Made by a program: the position numbers and the translations under genes. A DNA stretch of 64,000 nucleotides from Fimicolochytrium jonesii (lineage: Eukaryota), in assembly GCF_025526975.1 (NCBI RefSeq), contig NW_026515691.1:124001-188000 (forward strand), in the 5' to 3' direction. This document shows, in pieces, positions 12,557-24,792 of the stretch (position 1 is its first letter; each line of letters begins with the position of its first letter). The notes beneath the pieces are model-generated. The model did no database searches, had not been told where the DNA came from, and was given only the letters and a program-made list of their open reading frames with translations.

Positions 12557-13075
12557 ATGAGTGTACAGACGTTGTGCGGTGTACGACTGCACTCCTCCCA
12601 AAATCTGGAAGGACCTTACAAAACCTGCCATAACCCAGCCAGTTCGGAACTTTTCTCAGATATTTTTGCTGATTCTGATAGCCCTGCCAATTCCGCTGAA
12701 GTCCCGCACCAACGGAATGCTACGCCCGTCATCGACGTCGTTGACGAGAAAAAGACCGCTGCGCCTGTTGTGGAGGCCCGTGAAGTCGAAGCCGAGCAGG
12801 CCACTGCAGAATCTAAGAAGGAGCTCCCCAAGGGCGAGAAGGAACCCCCCAATGCTGGATTCGCCCCGACAAGGGCACCTCTCGCAAGTTTGGCGGGGAT
12901 AGCAGCACCTGTCATCGCCAACCTCGGGGGGGGGGGGGGGGGGGGGGGGGGGCGGGGGGGGAGCCGTACTTTCATCGGGGTTCAAGAAGTTACTGGCACG
13001 GCGGTAGCAGGGGCCATGTCTCCATTGGGGTTATTAGTGAGTTGGCGCGGGTTGGTGAGTTTTGCGTGGGTGTGA
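12557..13075 (+). pseudogene. Degenerate orphan ORF (E/K/A-rich, Gly-tract, hydrophobic C-terminus)
   Basis: 172-aa ORF with protein-like VDEKKTAAPVVEAREVEAEQATAESKKELPK. An upstream intron-like segment (~12459-12535) is flanked by stop-interrupted frames. No recognisable family. Confidence 0.3.
12926..12961 (+). repeat. Poly-G tract (G27-C-G8)
   Basis: Direct read of sequence. Confidence 0.95.
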
Positions 13076-13085
13076 ATTACGCGCG

Positions 13086-13169
13086 GGGCCTATCTTCATA
13101 ATTACTTTATTACCCTAATGCTTGCGACGTTTGCCGTTAGGGTAATAAAGTAATTATAAAGATAGGCCC
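13086..13169. repeat. Inverted repeat: 33-bp arms (1 mismatch), 18-nt spacer
   Basis: GGGCCTATCTTCATAATTACTTTATTACCCTAA (13086-13118) and TTAGGGTAATAAAGTAATTATAAAGATAGGCCC (13137-13169). Confidence 0.95.
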
Positions 13170-13236
13170 GCACCTGCAGCGCCGGCTGCCAAGAAGCCCG
13201 CTACAAGATAAGGTAGCACCGCCACCGCTCGCCGCC

Positions 13237-14775
13237 TCACCCATCGCCCCTCCGCCCGCCCCCCGCCCCCCCGTTCGACCCGCACCCCGCCCTCCCCCTC
13301 AACCTGGCACCCGGCTGCCCACAAGATTCACAACATTGCTGTTGCTTTGGCTCAGAGGCAAGGAAGCCTTCAAGCCAATTCACTCCCCAAGCCCTCAAAT
13401 CTGCCACCAGCGAGTCGAGGTCAAGCCGCTGCTCCTCCGAAGCCGACCGCTACAACGCAACTGCATCCCTCCTCCCTATCCCTGCCGTGCTACATACTGT
13501 AATGGCTTCGCGAATAACGCTGCTCCGGCGACGTGCCTCGGATTCTTCTTCGTCCACTGCCGTCTTGACAAAGCGATTCAGGGCGTCCCAGTTGAATGGT
13601 ATATCTTCGTCGTCCCATTCAGGCGAATCATGTGATTCCGAAGATGACGGCACATGAATTCCAGGTATGCACATCGAGACATCAACAACGGGGTGGTACG
13701 GTTCAACTACTCGGTCGTCGTCCCACTCGGGATCGTCGTGGCGCTCGGTACTCATCGGATAGTCGATCCCCCTCCTGCCGTGCCGCGCCGTCGGCGGGTT
13801 GTTCGCATGCTGGTTCGATGACTGAGGGGCGACCATTGCTACACCGGTCTGTCCCGTAGGTTGAAGGCCTGCCGAAGAATTGTTGCCCAACTGATTCCCG
13901 TTCTGATCTCCCCCATCACTCCCAGGCCCTCCTTCTGAGTCGCTTTCCCTGTCAGCCATTCGTTGTCGCCTCAACGTTTCTGCGTGATAACGGCGGTGTG
14001 CCTCCCAAAATGTGCGTCTCGACGCAGTATCCAACTGCCGGTATCGTCGTGGGCAGGGTGGTGACAAACATTTCAAAAGGTCCTCGACATCCGAAGATGC
14101 TGCTGAATCTCACGTCACGTGACCCCGCACTAGTGACAACGCGCGGTTGCGAGTTTGGCGTGTTGTACAGTTCTGAGTTGGGGGCTACGCCGGGCGTGCT
14201 CACAGTTCTCACATCCGGTTTCAATTTCCTTGCTTTTGACACCACCCTGCGTCGTGGGTGGTGGATGTGGGTAATCTCGTGCGTGCTTAAATTGATTAAG
14301 CGACCGACTGGCAGGCAAGTGATACAGATACACAGAAATAGGTGTTGTATAGTTCAGATAGAAACCGCCTGGAGGGGCATAGCGAGGAATCGTGGTGAGG
14401 TGGCCTGCTATGTGGTCTTCTTCCACACCCTGGTAGACCGCGGTGTGGTTGTTGCGGACGACTGGTTGCCAAGAAGACAATGGCCTCTGACGTGGCCGGA
14501 TCATATTTAGCAACGAAGCAGCCACAAGGTTCGGCCGGGGTGTTTGAGGCAAACCAGAATGAGGTATCGGTCGTCACGGGGAGAGGTTCGCCAAGGGGAA
14601 GGTTGTCAGGGTCGGCGGATGACAGGTCCGAAGTTGAGGACTTGGGGGAGTCCTGATTAACGATGGCCGGGAAAACGGCTTTGCACTTGTAGAAGCAGTT
14701 TTCGGAAAACATCACTTCCTGGGGGCAGCAGAAATGTGTTGGGTAAGATGCTGGCTGTTGGTGGTGAGGGGTCAA
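13237..14775 (-). pseudogene. Disrupted orphan gene (frameshifts, internal TAG) with Cys/His clusters
   Basis: Overlapping minus ORFs 14296..14775, 14130..14552 and 13450..14076 lie in different frames. The frame continues past TAG(13450-13452) for 70 codons (RSASEEQRLDLDSLVADLRAWGVNWLEGFL...CCESC...) to TGA at 13237. Confidence 0.4.
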
Positions 14776-16201
14776 TGACCGACCCGAACACTATACATAG
14801 ACAGACAAACCAGGAGCGGGGTGGTTCAGCTTCACGAAGGCGGAGCAGCGGTGGAAGGGTATACCACTAAACCACCATTGCTCGGACGCAAGAGACCTGG
14901 AAAAAGAAAACACTTTTGCTAATTTTGGAAATGCCAAAACGCCAAGGGTGTAGCCAGCTTTGAACAGCTAAAACGACACCTCTTATTAGCACCCGAGACC
15001 TCTTTTGCAATTGCAGACAAGTTACACCCGCATACAATTATGTTCCCACTGCAGCGTACTACTCTCCACAAGGATATGGCCTTGGCGGGGTTAACAGAGA
15101 TTGTGAAACTAAATATGACAGTGAGAGCCTACAGTAACTAAGGGTTGTTGCTCTCCCCATCATTCTCCTGCATAGTCCCAGTGCTCCCATCCTGGTGCTC
15201 CCGCCTGTTGTCCTCTCCTTCTCCCTCCGAGCCGGAGTACTCCATAAGGGCTTCCATGGTTGGGTGGTAGGCTGAGCGATGCCAAGTGTCGAGATGCTTG
15301 CAGTTGCTTTCCCTGAAAGTGAACGGCTGCCTTGGAAAGTCATATGGGCTGCAAGCGCCACACTGGGAGAACCATCTCTTACCTGTAGAGGTGTCTATAT
15401 CGGCAAATGTTGGTCACAACAACCGACATCACCCAATACTCGAGGTCTCTGGAAGGACTTGCCAATTGGACGTGTGTTTACCTCCGAGAGAGGAGTTTTC
15501 AATGCAGTCAAACCACTGCGAGGCCGCCCCAATGCAGTCAGCCTCAAGCGAGTGATGGCAAGTTGCAGATCCCTTGCTTTTGAAAAAGCTTCGCAATTGC
15601 AAAACGACTTGCGACGCTCGCAAGCTGTTACTGTCTGTAGCTGATTTTTGCTGCGGACGTCAGCAAGTGGGTGTCGTCAAAAAAGGGTATCCTTTCAGCA
15701 ATTCCCTTAATTCCCTGTCGGAGGTGGACCGCCAACACCTTGTACGACATAAGTCTTCTGTGTCAAGGGGACGATGCGGTGGTGAGTACAATGAGGGACC
15801 TCCGAAGCGCGGAGGTAGGCAACAGGAGGGCTGAAGGGGGCGGTTCTCGAACTCAGCCATCGGAGTACTGTTTTTAAGTTCCATTCTGCATCCCACGCTT
15901 TCAGTGTTTTTCATCACCCCTTCAGTAGTTTTTTCTATTGTCAACCGAACAAAAGCGGTGGGCATTGACGACGACGTATCCACGTGCCATCTCGCTTACT
16001 TCCATCTCATATCGGAGCACGCCGAGGAGTCGGCGTCTCCTGCACGTTTTGATGGCCGACGGCCAAACCACTGCTTCATCTCGCTTCATCGTTTCTCGCA
16101 TCCTTTCTCGCATCCAACATAATCTCAACGGGCTCGTATTTCGCAAATTTCGCAAACCTCAGAGCACAGGATCTAAAAGAACATCGAAAATCACCCCTAT
16201 C

Positions 16202-18120
16202 ATGTCCTCACAGCACGACGAACGCGTCGTGCACCTGCGGATCAAAGTTTCCCACGCGTCCACGTCACCAGCTTCGCCCACCCAAGAGTCGGAACAGGCG
16301 GTGGTCATTACACCATCCGCGTCTCCAGATGAGGTCCGGGCGGTACTGTTGGCGGCAGCAGATGTCTCGCCGGCTCAGGCGAAGGGGGCCGTGCTGAAAG
16401 TGAGAGGCGCTGACGGAACCATTTTGCCGGTCGGAGCGAAATGGATGAGGGATGCGTCGGAGGGTGGAAAGCTGTCGGTGGAAGTCATCGTTATGACGGG
16501 TAGGTTTGATTCATGGTTTGCACTGGTGGCAAAATAAGACTTTCCTCTGTGTGTGAGAATATGAATCCATCGCCTAGCTGCATCGGTGGATGGTACTTTA
16601 TGCTACTGACTAAACGTATGTTTCCCACACAGCAGAAGACCCTTCCACATCCTTGTCCGTTGCTCCATCGCCCACCGATTTGAAGGCCATTCACGAGACT
16701 ATTGCAGCCCTGCGCGCGCAACTCGACTCGGTATCGCTACTGCAAAAGAATGCCCTGACAAACAACAGGACTCCGAGACGTGCCGTGAAGCGAGTGACCA
16801 GAATTGATCCGCGCTGTGAGAGCGAGCCACTCTATCAATTCACCGAAGACACAAAGAAGATGCTGAAGACGCCGACGTTTGATCCATGGTGCGTTCTATG
16901 ACCATTATTGTTTGCACAAAGTCTAATCGTCAGCGATCCCCAAAATGGGAACTGAACGACTTGGATAGGGATTGGGAGGATAACGAGATGATGGCCCTTC
17001 TGGAGTTCATGTTCTTCGATCTGGGTCTCGTGAAGGAGTTCAACATGGAGGTTCCGATCCTCAAGCGGTTCTTGCGGAGTGTCAGAGATGGCTATCAGTC
17101 AAATGTGAGTTTGTCAAGGAGTTGGCGCAACCTCATGGTTCGCTGCGCGACTAACATGCCGCGGAATTGTAGTACTTTCACAACTTCCGGCACTGTTTCT
17201 GCGTGGCGCATATGGCGTATGCCATCCTCTACACGACCGGCGTGGTAGAGAAGCTACAACCCGTGGATAAGCTCGTCCTTCTGACGGCTTGCATTGGGCA
17301 TGATCTAGACCATCCCGGGTATAACAACGCTTATCAGGTAGGTGTCTAATGGACACGATGTTCGCAGCGTCCACATACTGACTACTTGAGTGTAGATCAA
17401 TGCCCATACAGATCTCGCCATCATCTACAACGACCAGTCCCCGCTCGAGATGCACCACGCTGCGGTCCTCTTCACCATCCTGAAAGACCCCGCCACGAAC
17501 ATCCTCTCGACCCTCCCACCAGCGCTGCTCAAGGATGTCCGCAAAAATATCATCCGCTGCATCCTCGCAACGGACATGGCGCAACACGGACCCATCTTGG
17601 CGGCGTTCAAGAAACATGCCGACGAGGGGTTCAGCTATGATGATCCCGAGCAAAAAAGCTTACTACTGCAAGTCATCACGAAGTGTGCGGATGTGAGCAA
17701 TGAGGTCCGCCCGCCGGAGGTGGCTGACCCGTGGGTGGACTGCTTGCTGGAGGAGTTCTTTGAGCAGGCTGATAGAGAGAAAAAGGAGGGGCTGCCATTT
17801 GCTCCTTTCATGGATCGCGAGAAGGTCACGAAGGTGAGTCAACCGTCGTTTGCAGGGTGCATCTTTCACGCCTTCTCGGTGTCGTCGTTCCTTACTCAAA
17901 CCCGCATTCATAGGCTTCAGCACAGGTCGGATTCATCGGGTTCGTCCTCGTCCCGCTCTACGAACTTGCAGCCAAGGTACTGCCAAATATGGAACCCATC
18001 ATCAATCCTGTTAAGGAAGCTCTGGCGACCTACAAAAAGTTGCTGGAAGAGGAGAAGGCTGCTGCCGTCAAGAGTGCAGCTACCCCTGCACCTGTAGCCA
18101 GCACCCCAGCCAAGGCTTAG
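16202..18120 (+). CDS. Class I 3',5'-cyclic nucleotide phosphodiesterase, PDE9-like, multi-exon
   Basis: YFHNFRHCFCV, GHDLDHPGYNNAYQINA, YNDQSPLEMHH, ILATDMAQH, KCADVSNEVRP, PWVDCLLEEFF, EGLPFAPFMDREKVTK/ASAQVGFI. Confidence 0.92.
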
Positions 18121-18735
18121 AGGCATGCAGGGCCTACATCTAATAATAGAATTGCGATTTGGATGTACACATACTGTACCTGTCACGTCAAAGACATTTG
18201 CCAGCAAAGACAATCAGATTCATAGTACACTCATCTAATCACATATCCTAGCAGCTTATGCTACGCGCCTATGAGCATTTGTTGGCGGCGTACTCCAAGG
18301 GAGACCGGGTCCACGCATGGCAATTAACGACCACTCAAGGCTAGCAGAACCTATCATACGATGGGACTATATATATAGTGCCGAACACTGAAAAGGTCGT
18401 CCTGAAAAGGACGAAGAGAATGATGTTCCAAAAAGCTATGGAAAAGCAACTCTATAGTAAACGAGATATTGTGTGCGCGCCATGTTTCATGTCTTTCAGA
18501 CACTGGGAGCTAATTCGTCGTCAAGTATCCTGCACTGCGCCGCTGGGCGTTGTTGTCCATCCCGCTCACGTCGCCCATGATGGTTTCGCATTCCAAAGGG
18601 TGGGGTCCGGCGGAGCGTCAGTCGCTGATCCGCTATGCACTCTCGTCGAACATCCTTCGCCTCCACATTCGTCCCGGCCTTCCCTAGCTGAGCCCGCGTC
18701 GTCGATACTCCTTAGGAAATCGCTCCACCGTTTCT

Positions 18736-20324
18736 CTATGGCGTAACAGGTTTCGTAACAGCGGCGACCGCCAGCTCATAGCAGAAGAACATGATGGCGG
18801 CGTTGGGCACCACTCGCATCAGGTGGGCCGTCATGCCTCCGTAGAGCGCCGCCATGCCTTCCTCTTTGTAAATCAGCTTCGCAGACTGCACTAGTCCTGT
18901 GTACTTCACGATCCCGTTCTCGGGCGTTTGTCGGAGTCGCGTTCGCAGGACCTAAAAAATGTCGTGGAAAAAGTGATAGTGTCAATGAACCGCCACTCCA
19001 GACCGAATGGAACGCAAGGACTGACGCACCTCGTGCGGATATGTCACAATGGCAGCTCCAAACTTGGCGACTCCCGCGGCGGCGAACGTGTCCAACCAGT
19101 CAGCCGGAGAGTTGCTCAGCGACGCCTCTTTGCGCTCCTCCGGGGACAATAATGCTAACCGACGCGCTTTGCGATCTTCGACCCAGGTCTTTTTGAGGTA
19201 TTCGTAGGTTACGAATTGTAGCGTCGACTCTCCAATTCCTGCAAGACGGCAAACCGTCAATATGGGGCGACCACCAGGAACCTGTCGCGTCGACCGTCGA
19301 CACGAACCTAAGAAACTGGCTGAAAGACCCCGGTATAGAGCCCTCACTCCTTCCTCCCTAACCACAGTCGTCAGACAATGGAAGCTGTTTCTGTAGCGTT
19401 GATGAGCGGCCAGATCTTTCCTCTCCGATTGTAGTTGCTGTGACAGAAACAATACATGTCAGATCACCGCACGCCTCCGTTTGAATGCTACCATATCAGA
19501 CAACCCACCATCCTCGTCTTGATCAACCAAATGGGGTTCGTGACTGAACCTGTCGCTATTCCTGCGGTGGCGGCGGAAAGCATGTGCACCACCGGCGTTT
19601 CCCGTCCTTTGTTCATTTGCGTATAAAAGTGCTTCCCTTGGCTATACGTTGCAAAGTAGATCGCTCTGCCAGACCGCACGACGTTAAGCATCGCAGATTT
19701 CTCCTCATATCTCTCGAGGATGCCCCATTTCATACCTCGCTGGCACCACTCCAACGAGATTGGGCCCCAGACCCTTCCATAGCGCCCGAATCCCTTCCTG
19801 CTTCCTGATTTGCCTAGAAAGGGATATGCCCAGCTTCAGTGACCAGCTGCCGCGTGGAAAGTAACAAACAGTATCCGTAATCGTACCCTAAGAGCCCAAC
19901 TACTTCGCGCATATGTATCCATGTCGCTCGAATAGGGTTCTTCAAACTGACGACCTTCTCCGTATCACGGTAAAGTGACGACTGCAGCCGCGTCTTTACG
20001 ACCTCTAAAGGACATGTTATCGCTGCTCCGACTGTGACAGCGTTAGTGTGTGTTCGACCTGTGCCACCTCAAGGGAAACATCGTACCAGTCCCTCCAAAC
20101 CTAGTATGAAGGTGTGAGCGTCAGTGCCCCAGTCACCGATCGGAACGAGACCATATCAACAAGGGAAGCGACTCCGAGTGTCAAATTACTTACCCTCCGG
20201 CGGCAAAGTGGACCAGTACGGATGGTTTTGGCGTGTCGCGTTTCGCATGTTGATCTTTTGCTTTTATCTGGGCTGGAGCAGAGATGGGGACTTGACCGGC
20301 CGGCGGTGCTGCGGTGGACGCCAT
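18736..20324 (-). CDS. RIM2: Mitochondrial carrier, pyrimidine nucleotide transporter RIM2/SLC25A33/36-like, multi-exon
   Basis: Three carrier repeats: VHFAAGG..TCPLEVVKTRLQS; MLSAATAGIATGSVTNPIWLIKTRM; GIGESTLQFVTYE..TYPHEVLRTRLRQ..RVVPNAAIMFFCYE. Confidence 0.88.
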
Positions 20325-20738
20325 GGTGCTGGCTCAGGAAGCTCTTGACGTTTTGCGAACCAATGGTTATCTATTCGTTTCAGCTGTCCAGCAGGCGTGA
20401 AGTGTGAAAGCAGGGGGCAAGCTCGGAGAGGAGGTTGACAGCGACGGAATTTTGGCCTCCAAAAAGAACAACTGCACACTGGTAAACAGCTGTGTGGACA
20501 AGGGAACATGGCGCAGTCACCGTTGCACAAGCCACCTCAAGCCACGTTCTTCATGACGCTGGAAACCTCATCAACCAGAAAGGTTGTAATTCTGACCCGA
20601 GATCACAACAGCAGAATCGCAACGGGACAACGGGAAGTCCGTATATATACTGTATCAAGAGCAGCGTCAGTCGTCGCCCCCGTGTGAAGAAGCAACGACT
20701 TTTCATCAACACTCGCCTATCACTACTCACTCGCAGGC

Positions 20739-23508
20739 ATGTCAGACGGTCAGCAACAAGACGGCAACCTGCCACAACAATTCGACAGAATGAACGTCGG
20801 TGGACGATCCAACAACAACAACGGCGCCACGGGTGGGGGTGGAGGTCCATCTCAGTCCTTTGGTGGTGGCAAGAAGTACAACACCGGCGCTGCAGAGTTT
20901 GTCCCTTCATGGGGTGGCCAGGACGCATATGGCCAGCAACAACAGGGCTACGGGGGCTACCAGCAGGGTTACAATCAGCAATATGCCGGTGGTTACCAGC
21001 AAGGGTACAACCAGCAGGGTTATCAACAGGGCTATCAGCAGGGAGGCTACGGCGGAGGATACCAGCAACAGCAGCAAGGCTACAGTGGGTATGATCAGGG
21101 TTACCAAAACCAACGGCAAGGAGGGTACAGCAACCAGCAGGCGGGCTACCAGCGAGGAGGCTACAACCAACAGCAGCGTCAAACCAACAACTACAATCAA
21201 CAGCAGCAGCAGCAACCACAACAGCAAGCCTACCAAGCTTATCAGGCACCGGTTCAACGATCCCAACCGGCATCTGCTGCTGGAACTCGTGCACCAGGCG
21301 CTAAGGCGGTTTCCATCTCCATTGGGGGAAAGCCTAAGGGTACGAACGGGAGGATACTTGGCTATATGAGTGCGAAGAAGTCTTTCTTATCATATTGAAT
21401 GCTATTACAGACGCTGCACCTGCACCGGCTAAAGTGGTGTCCATTTCCATCGGCGGGCCGTCCAAGACTCAGGGTACGTGCTTCAGGCGGTTCACTGATG
21501 GTTCTTATGATCCAAGTGACTGATAATCTGATGCAGATGCCCCGGCTGCACCAGCGCCCGCAAAGGCCCCTGCCAAGGCCGTCTCCATCTCCATTGGTGG
21601 CACGCCTAAGCCTAAAGGTACGCAAAGATAACTTTCCTTTGATAGCTTTCCGATAGCTGACTTGAGATTTCACAGCTGATGCACCGGCAGATGCAGTAGT
21701 GGAGAAGCCTAAAGCTGAGGTCACTCCGGCGCCAGCGGAGGAACAACCTGAGGAAGCGCCTTTCAACAACAAGGAAGCTGAATCTGCTGAACAGTCGGAA
21801 GAGCAGGAACCCATCGCCGAAGAGGCAGCGACGGAGGCGCAACCTGAACCTCAACCTGAGCCTCAGCCTGAGGCTCCGGTGGAAGAAGAGCCGGAGGACG
21901 AGCCGGAAGAGGAGATTGTCGAAGATGAAGGCAAAGAGCACCTCAACATCGTTTTCATTGGACACGTCGATGCCGGGAAGTCGACCATGGGTGGACATCT
22001 GCTGTAAGTATCTCAACAAGTGAAGTACGGAAATCCCGTCGATCGCAGCTCTGACGTCTCGCCGTCATGTAGATTCTTGACGGGAATGGTGGACAAGCGT
22101 ACTATGGAGAAGTACGAGAAGGAAGCAAAGGAGCTTGGACGAGAGTCCTGGTACCTGTCGTGGGCGCTGGACTTGAACCAAGAAGAACGTAACAAGGGAA
22201 AGACCACCGAATACGGTCGTGGGTTCTTCGAGACGGAGAAGAGGCGGTTCACCATCCTCGACGCTCCCGGACACAAGAACTTTGTGCCGAGTATGATTGG
22301 TGGTGCTTCGCAAGCAGATGTGGGCGTGCTTGTCCTGTCGGCCCGTAAGGGAGAGTTCGAGACTGGATTCGACCGTGGAGGTCAAACCCGTGAACACGCC
22401 ATGTTGGCCAAGACGGCTGGTGTGAAGAGGCTGATCGTAGTGGTGAACAAAATGGACGACCCAACTGTCGCTTGGTCTCAGGAACGTTACGATGAGATCA
22501 CAGGGAAGATCCTACCTTTCTTGAAGCAGGTCGGATTCAACCCTAAGACTGGTAGGTTTACATTTCGGAGGTTGTCAATGTTCCTTTGGTACTCGTGCTG
22601 ACAGAAATCCTTAGATTTGGATATGATGCCTGTGTCTGGTTTCACTGGTGCCAATTTGAAGGATCGTGTGGACCCCAAGACTTGCTCTTTCTACTCGTAC
22701 GTAGCATAACTAGTTTAAGACGTGAAACCCCATGCTGACGGATTCTGTGTTTTACAGAGGACCTTCCCTCGTCGAGCTGCTGGACGAGATGGTCATCCCC
22801 GACCGTGGTTACAACAAGCCCTTCATGATGCCAGTGGCCGACAAGTTCAAGGACATGGGAACCGTAGTCACGGGCAAGATCGAATCTGGACGCGTGCGCA
22901 AGGGTCAGAAGGTCGTTCTCATGCCCAACAAGCAAAAGTGCGAGATCTCTGCTATCATGGCCGAAGATCAGGAACTGAATGTTGCCAGGAGTGGTGATAA
23001 TGTCCGCTTGCGATTGCGTGGGATCGAAGAGGAGGTATGAAAAGGGGACGAATTTGACGGCGTCGTCATAGGTTTCCTATTTTTTGTGTTTGACACGTAC
23101 TTACCACTCCCGTCTCCCTTTCAGGACATCTTGCAAGGATTCGTCCTCTGCTCACCCAAGAACCCCGTCCACGCCGTCGTCAGCTTCGACGCTCAACTGG
23201 CCATCATCGAATACAAGAACATCATGTGCGCGGGTTACACCGCCGTCATGCACGCCCACACCGCTGTCGAAGAAGTCACTCTCTCCGCCCTCCTCCACTC
23301 CGTCGACAAGAAGACCGGAAAGAAGACGAAGCGGCCACCGCAGTTCCTGAAGCAGGGCGATGTCGCCATCGTGCGGGTGGAGACCACTCAAGCCGTGTGC
23401 TTGGAGACATATGCTGAGCACGCGCAATTGGGACGGTTTACGCTGCGTGACGAGGGCAAAACGATTGCGATTGGAAAGGTCACCAAGCTGCATCTTGCCG
23501 CCGAATAG
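20739..23508 (+). CDS. SUP35: Eukaryotic release factor 3 GTPase with Q/G/Y/N-rich N-domain, multi-exon
   Basis: KEHLNIVFIGHVDAGKSTMGG, GRESWYLSWALD, ILDAPGHK, VNKMDD, GRFTLRDEGKTIAIGKV; PAM2-like YNTGAAEFVP; acidic M region. Confidence 0.97.
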
Positions 23509-24212
23509 AGAAATCCACTGTAGAATGGCGTTTTTGTAATTGCCCTTCTTCGCCGGACTGTGGTTCGGCGATACCATTTTCATCCTCTGTTTTTCGTTCA
23601 CCTGTCTTCTTCTCATTTGTATATCGAGGCACGCCGTATGGGTTTCCTCTTACTATATTGGTTTCTGCATATCAAATTAGACTGGTGCTTTGCATGTTTG
23701 AGATTCAGTTTGGCTGCTGCACAGGTTGCCATTGGGCGCTTTGACAGTTTCTGCGCTGACAGCGATCGACAGCACCAAGTTCCGGGACATTGAGGGAAGC
23801 CGACATGCGGGTACCGGAAGTGTCGGCCAATCAGAGAGCACGGGGCGATTCCAAATCATCAAGAGGAAGTTCAAGCATCATCATCTTCCACAGCCAGCGC
23901 TCGTCACTCGCCCATTCCCTCCGGTTGATCCAAAAATCCGTCTCTTCTTGTGTGGCTGGGACGCAGAAGAGAACAACCGCCCTTCAAGCGCTCTCTCAAC
24001 ATTCCATCGTCCTCAAAGCAACTTACCGCACTGTCCACCGAAAAAGATCAGCGTTGAACTCGTTCTTTATTCTACAAGCTCACCCACTTCGCCTCAATCG
24101 ATAATCACTCCCGCTACATAGCGAGCGATCTACGTACTTTCTGGTTTCTCCGCCTCGCTTCAAATAGACCCATTCTCGAAGAGACTCACTTCGACCAGTA
24201 CATAACTTCACC

Positions 24213-24792
24213 ATGTTGTCCGCACGCATATCATCCGCACTTCTCCGCACGACTGCTCGTCTTCCATCCGCCGCACCTCGTCTCGCCCTCGCAACACCAC
24301 AACAACCCTTTCGCCGCTCATACCACGAAAAAGTAATCGAGCACTACGAACGTCCCCGCAACGTCGGATCCCTCCCCAAGGGCAACCCAAATGTCGGAAC
24401 AGGGCTTGTTGGAGCACCTGCATGTGGAGATGTAATGAAGCTTCAGATTTTGGTGGATGAGGCGACGGGAGAGATTAGGGAGGTGAAATTCAAGACTTTT
24501 GGATGCGGGTCTGCGATTGCGAGCAGTTCGCTTGCGACGGAGAAGATTAAGGGTCTGAAGGTGTGGGATGCGGCAAAGATCAAGAATACTGAGATCGCGA
24601 GGGAGTTGTCGCTGCCACCCGTCAAGCTGCATTGCTCAAGTGAGTTTTGGTCGTCCTTGGATTGATGATTGGGTGAGGCTTTACTGACGTGCGCTTTTTC
24701 CCTCAGTGCTTGCTGAAGATGCGATCAAGTCGGCCGTGAAGGACTGGGAGACCAAGCGTGCCGCCAGGGGTCTCAAGCCATTAGCTCAATGA
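24213..24792 (+). CDS. ISU1: Mitochondrial Fe-S cluster scaffold, 2 exons
   Basis: Arg-rich presequence, YHEKVIEHYERPRNVGS, GAPACGDVMKLQI, FKTFGCGSAIASSS, LPPVKLHCS/MLAEDAIK. Confidence 0.97.

Noticed and set aside
12926..12961. Poly-G tract as a functional G-quadruplex
   Set aside because: Long homopolymers are unreliable in assemblies and it lies in a Gly-coding stretch of a degenerate ORF; no independent support.
13111..13146. TTAGGG/CCCTAA telomere unit and partial I-SceI-like GGGTAAT in the palindrome arms
   Set aside because: Only one unit per arm, no tandem array and no full 18-bp site; likely coincidence.
13268..13285. GTTCGA T-loop-like words (also near 57868) as tRNA genes
   Set aside because: No cloverleaf stems or matching A-box could be formed.
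15059..15983. Several short ORFs on both strands upstream of the PDE gene
   Set aside because: No recognisable motifs, and no consistent spliced frame could be built.
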